Counted from the first letter of the whole stretch, positions 26,209 to 37,891 are shown. The stretch: 61,542 nucleotides of DNA, filler included, from Asterionella formosa (GCA_002256025.1; 10 parts of 10 records of this genome joined end to end with filler, not necessarily neighbours in it); one strand, 5' to 3'. Notes: generated by a model from the letters alone, not told the origin. Numbers and translations are program-made.

Positions 26209-27194
26209 TTAAACATCAGAAATTGGATGACCATCCTCCATTTCATACTGGACAATGACAAAGACAGCCTTGAAGACAACTTTGTGTTTTTCTACACCAT
26301 GCCGGAATCGTTCTGCTAGGATTTTAAAACTTTTGATCTGCCCTTTGAAAGTTTTGTGCCGCGCACGAGCGCTTTCCTTAAAATCATTTACTATCGCACT
26401 ATCCAAGGGATTGCGGGTGCTGATCTGTTGCTCTCCCCTATACCCTTCATCGCCAACAGCTCTCTTTCTAGCAGCGATTTTGGTATTGAGACCACCTTCG
26501 TTGCGAAAGATAGTGATGTCATGATGCCCTGCCGGAAATGGACCATTCATCAAGACCAATTGATTATTGAATATTGAAATACCAAGCTCATAGGCCAACC
26601 CAGCCTGGTTGAACTTTTTGGAGTACCAGGAGGCACTTGGTTGGGTCCGAGGCTCATTGATGCGACAGTGTGTTCTATCCACTGTAGCTAATAATGAAGA
26701 TCTCATCAGTTTGTTGGTTGTCGTCAAAGTGCCAAATAATCTATAATAATGGGAGTATCAAAATACCAAGGAAAAGAAATGAGAAATGGCGCACCAATAG
26801 TTCGCAATTTTGTTTTGTTATGATCAACAGCACTGACCTCTTGTCCCTCCTTAAGACCTTGAATTGCATGCACGTACACCCAAATCCATTTTCGTGCTGT
26901 CTTCTCAACCATTTCTAATGATCCAGCAAATTCCTCTTCAATCTTGTAGGTTCTCCACCAATGTAGAGCCATCATGAGGTGGACTGTGAAGGGATTGATG
27001 ATACGAGCCATGTCAATCTCCGTTGTCTGCAAATCCATGAAGATTTTTGTGAAACTCTCCGGACTAGTTCCAAAATGTGCGCAGAAGCGCCTGAGGTTAG
27101 TGGCTGCGCAAGTTCTCTGAGTAGACCTCTCATCAAATCCAACAAAATCAAGGCCCACAAAGATGAATTCGAAAGCAGAAAGATAGAGCACCAT
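26209..27194 (-). mobile_element. Harbinger/ISL2EU-like (DDE_Tnp_4) transposase pseudogene with one intron (26837-26741)
   Basis: N-terminal RRFCAHFGTSP, LMMALHWW, KTARKWIW. Catalytic region TVDRTHCRINEP (G>R), WYSKKFNQAGLAYELGISI, NGPFPAG, AVGDEGYRG, ARARHKTF (E>K). GTCAGT donor and TATAG acceptor; frameshift near 26690. Confidence 0.8.
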
Positions 27195-30100
27195 GGTGTT
27201 ATCAGAGCAAGAATTTGGCTCCCTTGAGCGATGTTTTGAATTATTCAGCTGAGTTGTGAAATTTTTGATGTTCGCTTGATGATTTTTACTGTCTGTATCT
27301 ATGATATGCATGCAAACATATGTTCTAAAGTGTGATTTTTTTCAGGTACCACATGTTAAGTCATTGCATATTGGCGGTTGAACAACAACAAATTCTATGA
27401 TCATTGCTCTGTCTGTGCCTCTGACCCCGACGGAATCTAGCCCTTGGTAAAAACCCCAAATTTTTTGGGATTGGGGGTTTTTGGAGGGGGGGGGGTTGAG
27501 ATTGGGTGAATTGGGCAAATGAGTTTCACCCAAACCCAAAAATAGTTCCAGCCAATTCGAATTCCAGCAGAAAAGTGTTCAAAATAATCATACGACGAAT
27601 GAAAGATAACCGTTGTAAGAGCTGGCAAGCATATCTATTTGAGTATTAGATCCTCATGCATGAATATCTGCAATGTCTAATTCTTCATTCTTTAGGTGGA
27701 TTTACCGCAACTTGCTGGTACCAGGTAGTATGTGGTATGTTGCTGCCAAAAAAGGGTACATGTTGAGGCAATTTCCGCTCAACCGATTGTCTTGCCGCTC
27801 AGGTACGTTTAAGTAATATTTAAGCTCTCTGTAAATTGTTAACAGTAATACACATAAAAAAGGTAAAACAAGCATCAAACACATGAGAATGATTGTAGCA
27901 TTCTATATCAATGAAAATTGAACATGATGTTTGGAGCAACCAAAGTATGTTATGCAATGAAATAAGTAGCATCAAATGAGAAATAGAAAATTTTGTTTTC
28001 GGTTTAAAAAAAATTAAAAATATGAGTTTCAGTGGAGACATGTGCATTGTAGTATATGCATTGTAGTACTTACACAGGCGAAATTCCATCACACAATTGA
28101 AGAGCAAAATAAAACAGACATGACGAAAAAGCTGTACCCAATTGAGATCTGCATCGTGATGTAGCATAGATGATCTGGTTGCTGCAACCATGAACATCAC
28201 TGTAGTAGCCTGACTCAAGGAGTTGCAGTCCTTCCGCCCACCGTCATTGCTTCCTCCAACCAAACACCCTTGATCATCATTCCATCCAATCCATTCTGAT
28301 TGAGTATGATCGCCAGGCTGCTCCAACACTATTGACTCCCTCTAGCTGAATATACGGAGCTTGTAATATGAACTCCTAGCTAGTAGAAATGTAGCAAAGC
28401 GCGTTAGTACAAGAAAAGCATTGCTTGGCGGCATTATTTGACATCATTGTCAACAACTATTCAAATCAACAATGGCACAATGCATCTTCAAAGAGTTAGT
28501 CATTGATAAATACATTGGTTCTTATGTAGATAGATACAATCAAATCAAAATGACAGTGCGGAACGACAAACAACGATGGAAGCGATCAAAACAGACCATG
28601 GAAGCAATCAAATATGAAATTTCGATAAATAGGATCTACAATTCACACTCAGTGATTCACTGTTGCACTCACCGATCCGCTTCAACTAGCATAACAAGCA
28701 GCAGGCGATGGGATCAAAGAAAGACAAACATTGCTGTTGCAAGCCCGAATACAGCAATGGCCGCAGGCAGGAGGATAGAGTGAGAATTATAATTGTGAGG
28801 ACGAAATTGGGCATACGGTACGTAAATTAATCAATATATGTGAAAAATATAATTTAATATTCTGGTCTCGTAAAAATAATACCAAGTCTACAGCAACAAC
28901 ATTACAACGTGTTAAAAGCAAGCATGAAAGTTTAGCTTAAACCATGCATGGTTGTTTCAAGTACCACGTAGTTAGTACATATGTAGGCTAGATGACTACT
29001 ACATACTGGTGGTAGAATATCCGTTAAGGATCATCACATGCATGACCAGAGGAAAAACTTGCGACCAACATCAGATATATACCGATATCACTGTTTGTCC
29101 AAAGAATTATGGACAATGCGGCTATGTGAATCCCACGAGAAGACAAGCAATCCAACAACCAACCGCATCCGTTTGACAACAAATGGCTTCTAGCTGGCGT
29201 CATCACTGAACTGATTTCGCTTCAGACTGGGTATGATGGACAATGATCAGCATAGTGAAAGGTGAATTTCTCAAGTTAGTTTTCAGGCAAAGAACAAAAA
29301 CGAGGTAAATACTAGGTTTATTTGAATCAAATCTGCAGAGTGTATAGAATGGTTTCCGTAAGTACTAGACCCCTTGCCAATTCCGGCAATCCCAGGACTG
29401 GAAAACCGAGGGGCAATTGGCGCAAATTGTCTTGCCGAAATGCAAACATAAGAAATATACAAAAGAAATTTTAATTATGGGAAATATCTGACCTTTGGCA
29501 AGATTTTATGTGTCGATTGGAAATATACGAAATTTTATTTTTATGATGGGCTATAGAAAGCTAAAAACGTCATTTATGCTTTAGTTTTGGGCAGTAGGTA
29601 AGCGAATGGCATGATGATAGCTAGTTTCTGAATTGCCTCAACAATTCCTTTCTCGGTGGCTACTTGGCTTCTTGTTTACATGTGTACTCGACTGGGATGG
29701 CACTCCAAGGGTGACCGGCACAGGAGCCTCAACACATGTATGCTCACAGGCACTCTAATCACTAATTTAACATACCCCCTTCCAAACTACTATTAAGCTT
29801 CTCAGGTTTGTTAATTGACTCAAACTTCTCTCCTCCTCCTTCTTTGTCCTCACTGGCTGCTGTTCACTACCATTCCCTCTTTCCCACCAGGTTATGAGCT
29901 AAAGATTTTTCCTTGAAAGAAACAAAACTGTTGATTGTTAATTCGATTAAGCTCTTGGTGAGGAATTTAGGCATCAATTTCTCATGTCATTAGTCATGCA
30001 TTTTTCGACTGACAAGTCTTTCAAATTGATCATACTATTGGACTTATTAAGGCTTGTTTCACATTGGATTTTTAACTACAAAAGGAGGCAATTATTTTTT

Positions 30101-30841
30101 TCACCCAGGGAGGTTTCCAAAGAATGTTTTGGTTGCCATATAAACTAGAATATAATTCCACTTCTGGTTGTAGTATCCTGACATAAATTGTTGTATGATT
30201 CAATTCCCAACCCCTTTTGATATGACACCTGTTTTATAGACATGAATATAATATTGTCGGGAGTGACTGCATCATAAGATATTTTGTCAACCTATTCTTT
30301 TATTTTATAGCACAGCATTTCTGAAAGTCATAGTCATTTGCCGAAAGGCATATATCAGCCATTTGCTGGGGGTCTTTCGTTGTTGCTTGTTGGCGGACAT
30401 CATAATTGTCGCAAACATAGTAGTTTGGACTAACGGACAGAAGATGTCGAACAAGGAATGCAGTGAACACGTTCTCGAATATATGTATCGGTAGTCTGTG
30501 GTGACAGGTTGATAATGGTCGCTTGCTTCAGCGAAATGACCGGAACATGTAAATTCCCGTGTGGTGTATGATCGCTAGACTATGGCGAATGTGAGAATGA
30601 ACCATATTTCACTACGGGTTCTCCGAGTACCCTAGTACCTGGGTGTTCAAGTTGCCGATGACTGAGTGACTGATGGCGACTATCATCCAGTGACTGAACA
30701 GAACAAACCTTGAATTTATGATGCTTTTTCGTGTAATGGTCNNNNNNNNNNNNNNNNNNNNNNNNNNNNNNNNNNNNNNNNNNNNTTAATTAATTAANNN
30801 NNNNNNNNNNNNNNNNNNNNNNNNNNNNNNNNNNNNNNNNN

Positions 30842-33800
30842 GTGGCGAATGACAACGACAAGTTGACAGTCACAAAGGAGGGGTATGTCAGTGGAAAATT
30901 TGAAACACATCAAGCAACTATCACGGAGATACCAGATCGATCCTTTCATTCAAATAGCATTACACCTGGGACACCATTTTTCGCGACGTGTCAGGAGCAT
31001 TTGGAACACTTTATCAAATACAAAATATCGACAGATCCGAGATGGCAATCTCTTACTATCATTTTTAGTGGAAGTCATGTTCCTGGTGAAGGAGAGCACA
31101 AAATTATGGATTTTATGAGACGAGAGCGAGCTAGACCAGATTATGATGCAAACATACGACATTGCATTGTGGGCCAAGATGGAGATTTGATCATGTTGGG
31201 ACTGGCCACCCATGAACCGAATCTGGTATTGTTAAGAGAACGAGTTGTATTTGACATGATGAAAAAAGCCAACGAAAGGGGCATTGAGTCTTATGTCTTT
31301 AATCCGCATTTTGAGTTTTTACACATTAACGTGTTGAGAGACTACTTGGCCTTTGAATTTGAAACTGCTCCGCTAACAGCCAATAGCACATGGGATCATG
31401 AGAGAACAATTGATGACTTTGTCTTTTTGACATTTTTTTGTGGGAATGACTTTTTGCCTCATTTGCCCGCCGTCGACATTGGGGACGAAGCCTTTGAATT
31501 GCTGTTTTACACCTACAAGCGCTGTCGAAGAGAGTGGGAGCAGAAATCTCGGAAGAATCCTTATTTGACCAATCGAGGGAATATTTGTTCTGGGGCCAGG
31601 TTAGAACATTTCTTGCAGGTCTTGGGATCACATGAATCTCCTTATTATGATAATAAAAAGGAGCATACGACACGAAGCAATAATAAGATTCGTAATAGCG
31701 ATTCTAATGCAGGGCGAGAGTCCTTGATTCCACCGGAGGAGGTCTTGCAATCCAAAGAAGAAGAGGATCGAGCTTCCTATCGAGAAATGTTGGCCAATTC
31801 GAACCTAACAAGTGAAATGAGTGGCTTTACCCCAGTCCTATCGGAACAGGATTTTCCATCCTTTCAAGCATCGGGAGTAGACGAAGAAATGGAAGAAGGT
31901 TTCTTTGCCAAACTCGGAAAAATGGTGCAATCATCGTTGACGCCGAGTGTTGAGACTAACGGCATTCCCGGTATCAACATGGCATATGAATCCCTCGACG
32001 ATCAAGACTTGAAGGGTCGGTACTACTATGATAAGTTCAGATTTACCCCCTTTGATGCCGAAAAGCATATTGCGCTCAGAAAGGCTTACTTGGAAGGGTT
32101 GGTGTGGAATTTGAAGTACTACTATGAAGGGTGCGTTTCATGGGAGTGGTATTATCCGTATCATTATGGTCCAATGTTGTCCGACATTGTCAATATTGAT
32201 CAGATGTTGTCCGATATTTCTTTCAATGGCAAGTTGGGAGAACCCCTCAAACCATTTGAACAGCTCTTGGGATGCATGCCACCGTCTTCGGCCTATATGT
32301 TGCCCGAACCGTATCGTTGGCTCATGACGGAAGAGAACTCGCCCATTCATGAATTCTATCCTCTCACTTTTACGGTTGATATGAACGGAAAGAGATGGCC
32401 ATGGGAAGCCGTTGTCTTGTTACCCTTTATAGACTCAAAAAAGTTATGTAATGCGGCCAGAAATTTTGTCAAGGATAGTCAGTTGACTCCCGATGAACTG
32501 AAACGAAACACATTGGGCCACGCAGTCGTTTTTTCACACGATGCTTCTGTCAAGGAACAAGTTCCTCAGTTGCGAGCAGGGATGAATTGTTTTGAAGTAA
32601 TTAACGAATGTTCTTGCAAGAGTGTTCCTCTTGAAGGAACAATATGGGATTACCGCCCACCAACAGCAACTGTCTTTGAGCCTACTCTTAAGGATGGAGT
32701 TGTTTGTCCACAAGCAGGATTTTCCACTTTGAAAGTTGTACCTATCACTAATCTTTGGAAACGTCGTGTTGGATTAAATGTTTTTGGCATGCGATCACGG
32801 TATCGAACAGCTGTCCTTCAGCTGAGAGAAGATTTCGCACCCCCATCGCCGCCCATTGAGAATCTTGCCGCGAAATTGATTGGAGTCGATGTCCATATTA
32901 ATTACCCCCACTTTTTGGAAGGGTACGTCACATCTGTGTCGAATGAAGAAATGTCGATTCGAGGGAACGAGGCTCCTCAGGTCTGGTCAGAACGAGAGCG
33001 CAATGATTGGATTCAGCGGTGTAATTTGTTGACGAGCCGATTGGAATATGGTGAAGGATACAGTGGTACTGGTGGATGGAACGTGCCTTCAAGCAAAATT
33101 ATATTTTCAGTGAGGCCCTTGAAGGAGATCCTCACACTTGAAGACGGAATGAAAGTTAAGTCATACGCCAAGTTTGAAGTCGAAGTCCCCTTGGTTGCTG
33201 TTTCATGGTCACCTGCACAACTAGATCCTCGACTTGCCAATTTTCCTAGACGACTTGAAAAGGATCTGTTCTTTGTAAACAAGACAAAGCGAAAGGCAGC
33301 ACTAGACCTATTTAGTCCTGCATCGTCCGACAATTTGGATGTGTTGCCGTCTGATCTCTTGCCCGATTCGGATAAGGCCTTTGATGGGCCCATCATTACG
33401 AGTTTGTCCGATTTCTTTGTATCTGGTGAACACACACATGAATCTTTGCTGCCGCCTATGGAAATTTCCGGTGCCCTCTCTTCTAGCCTTGACAGTGGCA
33501 GGCGTTCACTTCTTCCACCCTTAGACATGAAGGCCTCGCTTGGCGGGAGTGGATCTTCACGAACGTTTTCCACTAGAAACACGCCTCAGCCATTCTTCAC
33601 CAAAGGAAACAGGCGTTCCTTTTCCACAATGAAAAGCATCCGGTCATCTAGTGGCACACCACGTGGCCGAATGTTGACCATGGTAGGAGCTGTTGCCATG
33701 TTTGCTTCTAGCATGGCAGTTGCCAATGCCACAGGATTGAGCCTGCACGGCAGTCTACTCCAACAAACCTCCTTGCTTTCCATTCATGGTGGTGACTTAG

Positions 33801-34489
33801 CCTCCCCGTTCCACTCTCCAACACCTCCTCCCCTTGAGTTTGCTCACGGTACCACAACACTCTCGTTCGTCTTTCAAGGAGGAATTATCGCTGCCGTCGA
33901 TTCTCGTGCATCACTTGGCAATTTCGTCGGTTCCAAGACTGTGCAAAAGGTTCTGAGCATCAATACGCACATGTTGGGGACTATGGCGGGCGGGGCCGCG
34001 GATTGCTCGTTTTGGATTCGAAAGATTAAAGCCCAATCTTCACTTTTGGAGCTAGTCTCAAACAAGCGCATGAGTGTAGCGCGAGCATCTCGCATCTTGT
34101 CGAATGCGTTATACGAAAATCGTGGTTTGGATTTGTCCGTGGGTACTATGATTATGGGTCAAGATGAAAACGGTCAGTTTTCTATTTACTATGTCGATAA
34201 TTCCGGTGTCCGCATCAAGGGCGAATTGTTTTCATGTGGATCTGGTTCAACCTTTGCTTTGGCAATTTTGGATCAAGAACGAAAATTTGACATGACGGAA
34301 GAGGAGGCGATCGCCTTGGGTATCAAGGCAATTCGACACGCGACCTTTCGGGATGCCTATTCTGGTGGCTTTATTGGAGTGTACTTGATAACCAAGGATG
34401 GATGGCGCAAGGTTTTTAGTGAGGATCTGGCTTTGTCTGGTGGGGATTCGAAACACAAGGAGGAGACGGTTGCCATTGTCGAGAGTTGA
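30842..34489 (+). CDS. 5'-truncated XRN1-type 5'-3' exoribonuclease fused in frame to proteasome subunit beta5 (PSMB5/Pre2-like)
   Basis: XRN motifs SNSITPGT, VPGEGEHKIMDF, GQDGDLIMLGLATHEP, DDFVFLTFFCGNDFLPHLP, WNLKYYYEGCVSWEWYYPYHYGP, PFEQLL, DMNGKRWPWEAVVLLPFID. Beta5 domain from 33851: HG|TTTLSF...AVDSRAS...VQKV...GTMAGGAADC...CGSG...RDAYSGG. No stop or gap between them. The N-terminus is lost at the contig edge. Confidence 0.9.
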   Translation: MANDNDKLTVTKEGYVSGKFETHQATITEIPDRSFHSNSITPGTPFFATCQEHLEHFIKYKISTDPRWQSLTIIFSGSHVPGEGEHKIMDFMRRERARPDYDANIRHCIVGQDGDLIMLGLATHEPNLVLLRERVVFDMMKKANERGIESYVFNPHFEFLHINVLRDYLAFEFETAPLTANSTWDHERTIDDFVFLTFFCGNDFLPHLPAVDIGDEAFELLFYTYKRCRREWEQKSRKNPYLTNRGNICSGARLEHFLQVLGSHESPYYDNKKEHTTRSNNKIRNSDSNAGRESLIPPEEVLQSKEEEDRASYREMLANSNLTSEMSGFTPVLSEQDFPSFQASGVDEEMEEGFFAKLGKMVQSSLTPSVETNGIPGINMAYESLDDQDLKGRYYYDKFRFTPFDAEKHIALRKAYLEGLVWNLKYYYEGCVSWEWYYPYHYGPMLSDIVNIDQMLSDISFNGKLGEPLKPFEQLLGCMPPSSAYMLPEPYRWLMTEENSPIHEFYPLTFTVDMNGKRWPWEAVVLLPFIDSKKLCNAARNFVKDSQLTPDELKRNTLGHAVVFSHDASVKEQVPQLRAGMNCFEVINECSCKSVPLEGTIWDYRPPTATVFEPTLKDGVVCPQAGFSTLKVVPITNLWKRRVGLNVFGMRSRYRTAVLQLREDFAPPSPPIENLAAKLIGVDVHINYPHFLEGYVTSVSNEEMSIRGNEAPQVWSERERNDWIQRCNLLTSRLEYGEGYSGTGGWNVPSSKIIFSVRPLKEILTLEDGMKVKSYAKFEVEVPLVAVSWSPAQLDPRLANFPRRLEKDLFFVNKTKRKAALDLFSPASSDNLDVLPSDLLPDSDKAFDGPIITSLSDFFVSGEHTHESLLPPMEISGALSSSLDSGRRSLLPPLDMKASLGGSGSSRTFSTRNTPQPFFTKGNRRSFSTMKSIRSSSGTPRGRMLTMVGAVAMFASSMAVANATGLSLHGSLLQQTSLLSIHGGDLASPFHSPTPPPLEFAHGTTTLSFVFQGGIIAAVDSRASLGNFVGSKTVQKVLSINTHMLGTMAGGAADCSFWIRKIKAQSSLLELVSNKRMSVARASRILSNALYENRGLDLSVGTMIMGQDENGQFSIYYVDNSGVRIKGELFSCGSGSTFALAILDQERKFDMTEEEAIALGIKAIRHATFRDAYSGGFIGVYLITKDGWRKVFSEDLALSGGDSKHKEETVAIVES

Positions 34490-34642
34490 TCGAGGAAACA
34501 CATGCAACGTGACCGATGGTACTATCATTCAAGAATAAAACTACTTAGGACGAGCCGCTTGAAGGAAGCTATTGATTCTATATACAATTCAATCAAGGTA
34601 CAACGAGCATTTCCCCACTCTCCCACAATATTATAGTAGATA

Positions 34643-35296
34643 CTAAATGTTCAACAACAAATTTGGCTGTTTTGGCTGAATCAATTCTTTGGGTACCAAC
34701 TCAAATACATCGTTGCGATGATCCGCCAAAAAATCTCTTATAAGTTCCATAATGGACCGCAAGGATCGATCTCCCTCTGCCATTTTTGCTCTAAAGTTTG
34801 TTTCGTTGAGTTTTACTCCAGGCAGCGCCTTAAGTCCAAGTATCAAGGCTTCCAATTCGTTGGAAGTCATGGCGAAATCTCCATTGTGATCTGACGTGAC
34901 CACAACCCTCATGATGGTTTGAAGCAGATTTTGCTGAATGATCTTTGTCATTTTGTTTGTCAGAACAGATTGTTCTCTAACCATGTTCCGTAGAGCTCGC
35001 AGTTGCGTTGGCCCAGTATTGCAGTACTGTCCCAATTCTTGCTCGACGCGATGCAATTGATCGACTTTGGAATCCATTCGATTTAATGTCCGATGCAACC
35101 GCTCTTGCTCGACATGGCAATAATTCAATTCGTGTCTCAATTCATTTGCAATTTGTCTCAAGTTTTGGCTATTAATTTTTCTTGATTGTACTGCCAAAAA
35201 GAGACCAAAGAAAATAGTAAACATGGATGCAATTCGAACAAGAAGCGAATCATAATACAAGTACATGGATAGGAGAGAGGATGCTATAGCAGTCAT
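34643..35296 (-). CDS. Hypothetical membrane protein with coiled coil and an EF-hand-like loop; true start may lie upstream
   Basis: 217-aa ORF with two hydrophobic N-terminal segments, a heptad-rich middle and a DHNGDFAMTSNE loop. Convergent with the XRN-beta5 gene. Confidence 0.6.
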   Translation of the reverse strand: MTAIASSLLSMYLYYDSLLVRIASMFTIFFGLFLAVQSRKINSQNLRQIANELRHELNYCHVEQERLHRTLNRMDSKVDQLHRVEQELGQYCNTGPTQLRALRNMVREQSVLTNKMTKIIQQNLLQTIMRVVVTSDHNGDFAMTSNELEALILGLKALPGVKLNETNFRAKMAEGDRSLRSIMELIRDFLADHRNDVFELVPKELIQPKQPNLLLNI

Positions 35297-36099
35297 GGCA
35301 AGTACATCGTGCGACGTACATCGTCGTCGTGCATTCTTGTCCTTTGACTTGTTAGTCCTGTTCCTAGCCGAATCATTGCTATCGATGGAATGCGATGCAG
35401 CTGCCTTGGCAACTCGTGCTCGCCAGCGAAGGGATGTCGTGTCCCTGGAGAATAGTGGGAGGAGTGTGTGTGCGAGTGTGTTTAGTAAGGCATGTGAATG
35501 TGAGAAAGGGGGAGGGAGGCAGGGAGGGACTTACATGATTCCATGAAATCCATTGAGAAAGGACGAACAATTGTATTCCTCAGCACGACATCAATAAAAT
35601 ACGGGTAAGTTCCAAGGGTACCGTACCTGGTACCAGGTAACATACGATAGCACTCCGGGGCTCGGTTAGTAATTGCTGGCCGTATGAATAGCACTACCGG
35701 TAGTGCAGTAAGCATTAGCATTCTTTATTGCTGCATGTCGTGCGTCTGTACCGCCATCAATTGATTATGGTAGCTAACCAAGCAAACCTACCGGTAGACT
35801 TCATACTTACCATACATGCACACTTCGTCTCAAGTGGTATTGCGAATTCCAAAAAACCGCAAGTTCCAACTGAGAGTAAATTCCTGAGATCTGCCAAACC
35901 TTACTGCACACCAACCCTGATATCTGCTTGAATTTTCAATGATATACTAAACAAAGCTTGGATATCCTTTCCATCAGGATGCTACTGTAATGTATATCCA
36001 TAATTTAGCACTAACATTTTTGGATGACTCAGCTAAGCTGAACAAGATCAACAGCCCAACAACATTTTACTGGAAAGGCAAACAATCACAAGACAAGAA

Positions 36100-36906
36100 C
36101 AACACACAAAGGCCAAGCTCTAAAGCAAAGGGGAATATCAGCAGATGGTAAGAAGCAAGAAATACTGTTAAAGCCCCAAAGAAACAATTTACAAATTAAA
36201 GCGACTAAATCAAAAGTTATTAAACAATGAGGAAATAGTTGAAATGGTATGTTACAGGGGGTACTTTGGGACAGTCGATTTATTAACGAAATGAGATTGG
36301 AGAGCTACACATTGAACGGAAAGCATGATGCATTTGGGTTTCTGCAAAAAGAATTTTCTTTGAAGTCATGTCTTGTTGATTTTGAGTAAGAGGAGACACT
36401 GTTGCAGTCAATGAGAACAGAAATGGAAGTCCATACTGCTTGCTTGTTGACTGGACAATGAAACATTATTGTGAACTGGATGGGGAGGAAAACAATTATT
36501 CTTGCTGGGGTTGCGCGAAGAATTTATCCCATCAGGTTGCTCTAATGAGAAAAAGGGGAAAGAGAGCTTCAGGTCTGTGGTGCCAGAGTGCATCATGTCA
36601 ATCGAACATGAGCTAACAGCAAAAAGTAAAAGACAGGTTTTAAGGCAAGCAAGACAATACATATGTGCATACTCCAAGATTTGGCTTCCAATGTTGGCAC
36701 CGCATATACTATTATGAAGCAGACCCCATCAGCATTGAGAAGCTTGCCACCAAATCAAAGCACACCTCGCTGCTGTGTCCTCAATTTCGACACAACTTTT
36801 TCAAGTCAACATATGTCTATGATCTCCTCCTAACAAAGCAGACAATACAACGAAGCTAACAAGCAACAAAGTGAACAAACATGAACGAGAGCAACAGATC
36901 GATGCT
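36100..36906 (+). pseudogene. Heavily decayed IS630/Tc1-like DDE transposase remnant
   Basis: KHYCELDGEENNYSCWG resembles the PKxHxELxxIEyxWG motif. It is followed by KKGKESFRSVV and RQARQYICAY. Many frameshifts. Confidence 0.5.
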
Positions 36907-37450
36907 NNNNNNNNNNNNNNNNNNNNNNNNNNNNNNNNNNNNNNNNNNNNTTAATTAATTAANNNNNNNNNNNNNNNNNNNNNNNNNNNNNNNNNNNNNN
37001 NNNNNNAGTGAATACAAGAACAACATACCAATGAAAACAAGTCGACAGTGTGTGTACGCACACGCCAAGCAGGTTTGAGGCAACCGACAATTCCAACAAG
37101 CAAATGACGATACAGATATCAAATTCTTCCTACGAGCAAACAACAATGAAAAGAGCCACTTGCTTTCGCTCTCTTGCTTGTTGGTATCAAAGATGCGGAC
37201 AAGTTCAATAGTTAATTCAAGTACAGTATACCAAATGCAGAAACGAGCGAGCGATATGAAAATGAATTGCGTTCTAATCAGAATCATTCTATAACTATAG
37301 CTATGTGGACAGTATTCTGTTACACACATTTTCGTATCTCCTTCTATGCTGAATCGAAATAGTAGATGTAGTATCATGTGAGAATTGAAAATTTCAACGA
37401 GAACAAGTACCGGTAGAATGTGTCTGTTTACGGGTTGATTGGCGAGATTG

Positions 37451-37891
37451 TCATGCTGAAGTGGACAAAACGGATATACTTTGCACGCAAAATCGGAAGT
37501 TGGTAGGGTTTATAATGTTGTTTATTTCTCCGTTCTGAATGATTGGAACATTAATAGCAGCAGCATCATGATCTACTAAACTATCAAGGAATAAACCATC
37601 ATCATAGTCATCGGCATCAAAACAAACTGTTTGAACCAAATCAATGGCTGCTGGCGATTGTTTCAGGAATTTTGCAAGGGGGTCTTGAGAGTGGTGTCGT
37701 CCATCTCTTGGAGAAGTTGCTACCATTGATGTTTTCTGCGATGCTTGAATCTGAGATTGAATCATATATTGTTGCCCACACGAGGGGCTGTGTCTGTGAT
37801 GACCAAGAATTGATTTAAAAGGACCTTTACCACAGAATTTACATTTGTCCTCGTCGTTATTGTCACACAGATCCATGATATTTACTGTCAT
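37451..37891 (-). CDS. Zinc-finger (C2HC) ORF, possibly the N-terminal exon of a transposon gene
   Basis: CKFCGKGPFKSILGHHRHSPSC followed by an acidic low-complexity region. Confidence 0.35.
   Translation of the reverse strand: MTVNIMDLCDNNDEDKCKFCGKGPFKSILGHHRHSPSCGQQYMIQSQIQASQKTSMVATSPRDGRHHSQDPLAKFLKQSPAAIDLVQTVCFDADDYDDGLFLDSLVDHDAAAINVPIIQNGEINNIINPTNFRFCVQSISVLSTSA

Noticed and set aside
30842..30844. GTG as the start codon of the XRN-beta5 ORF
   Set aside because: It is the first codon after the gap, and the conserved XRN N-terminal motifs (MGVP, DMNG, DGVAP) are missing, so the gene is truncated.
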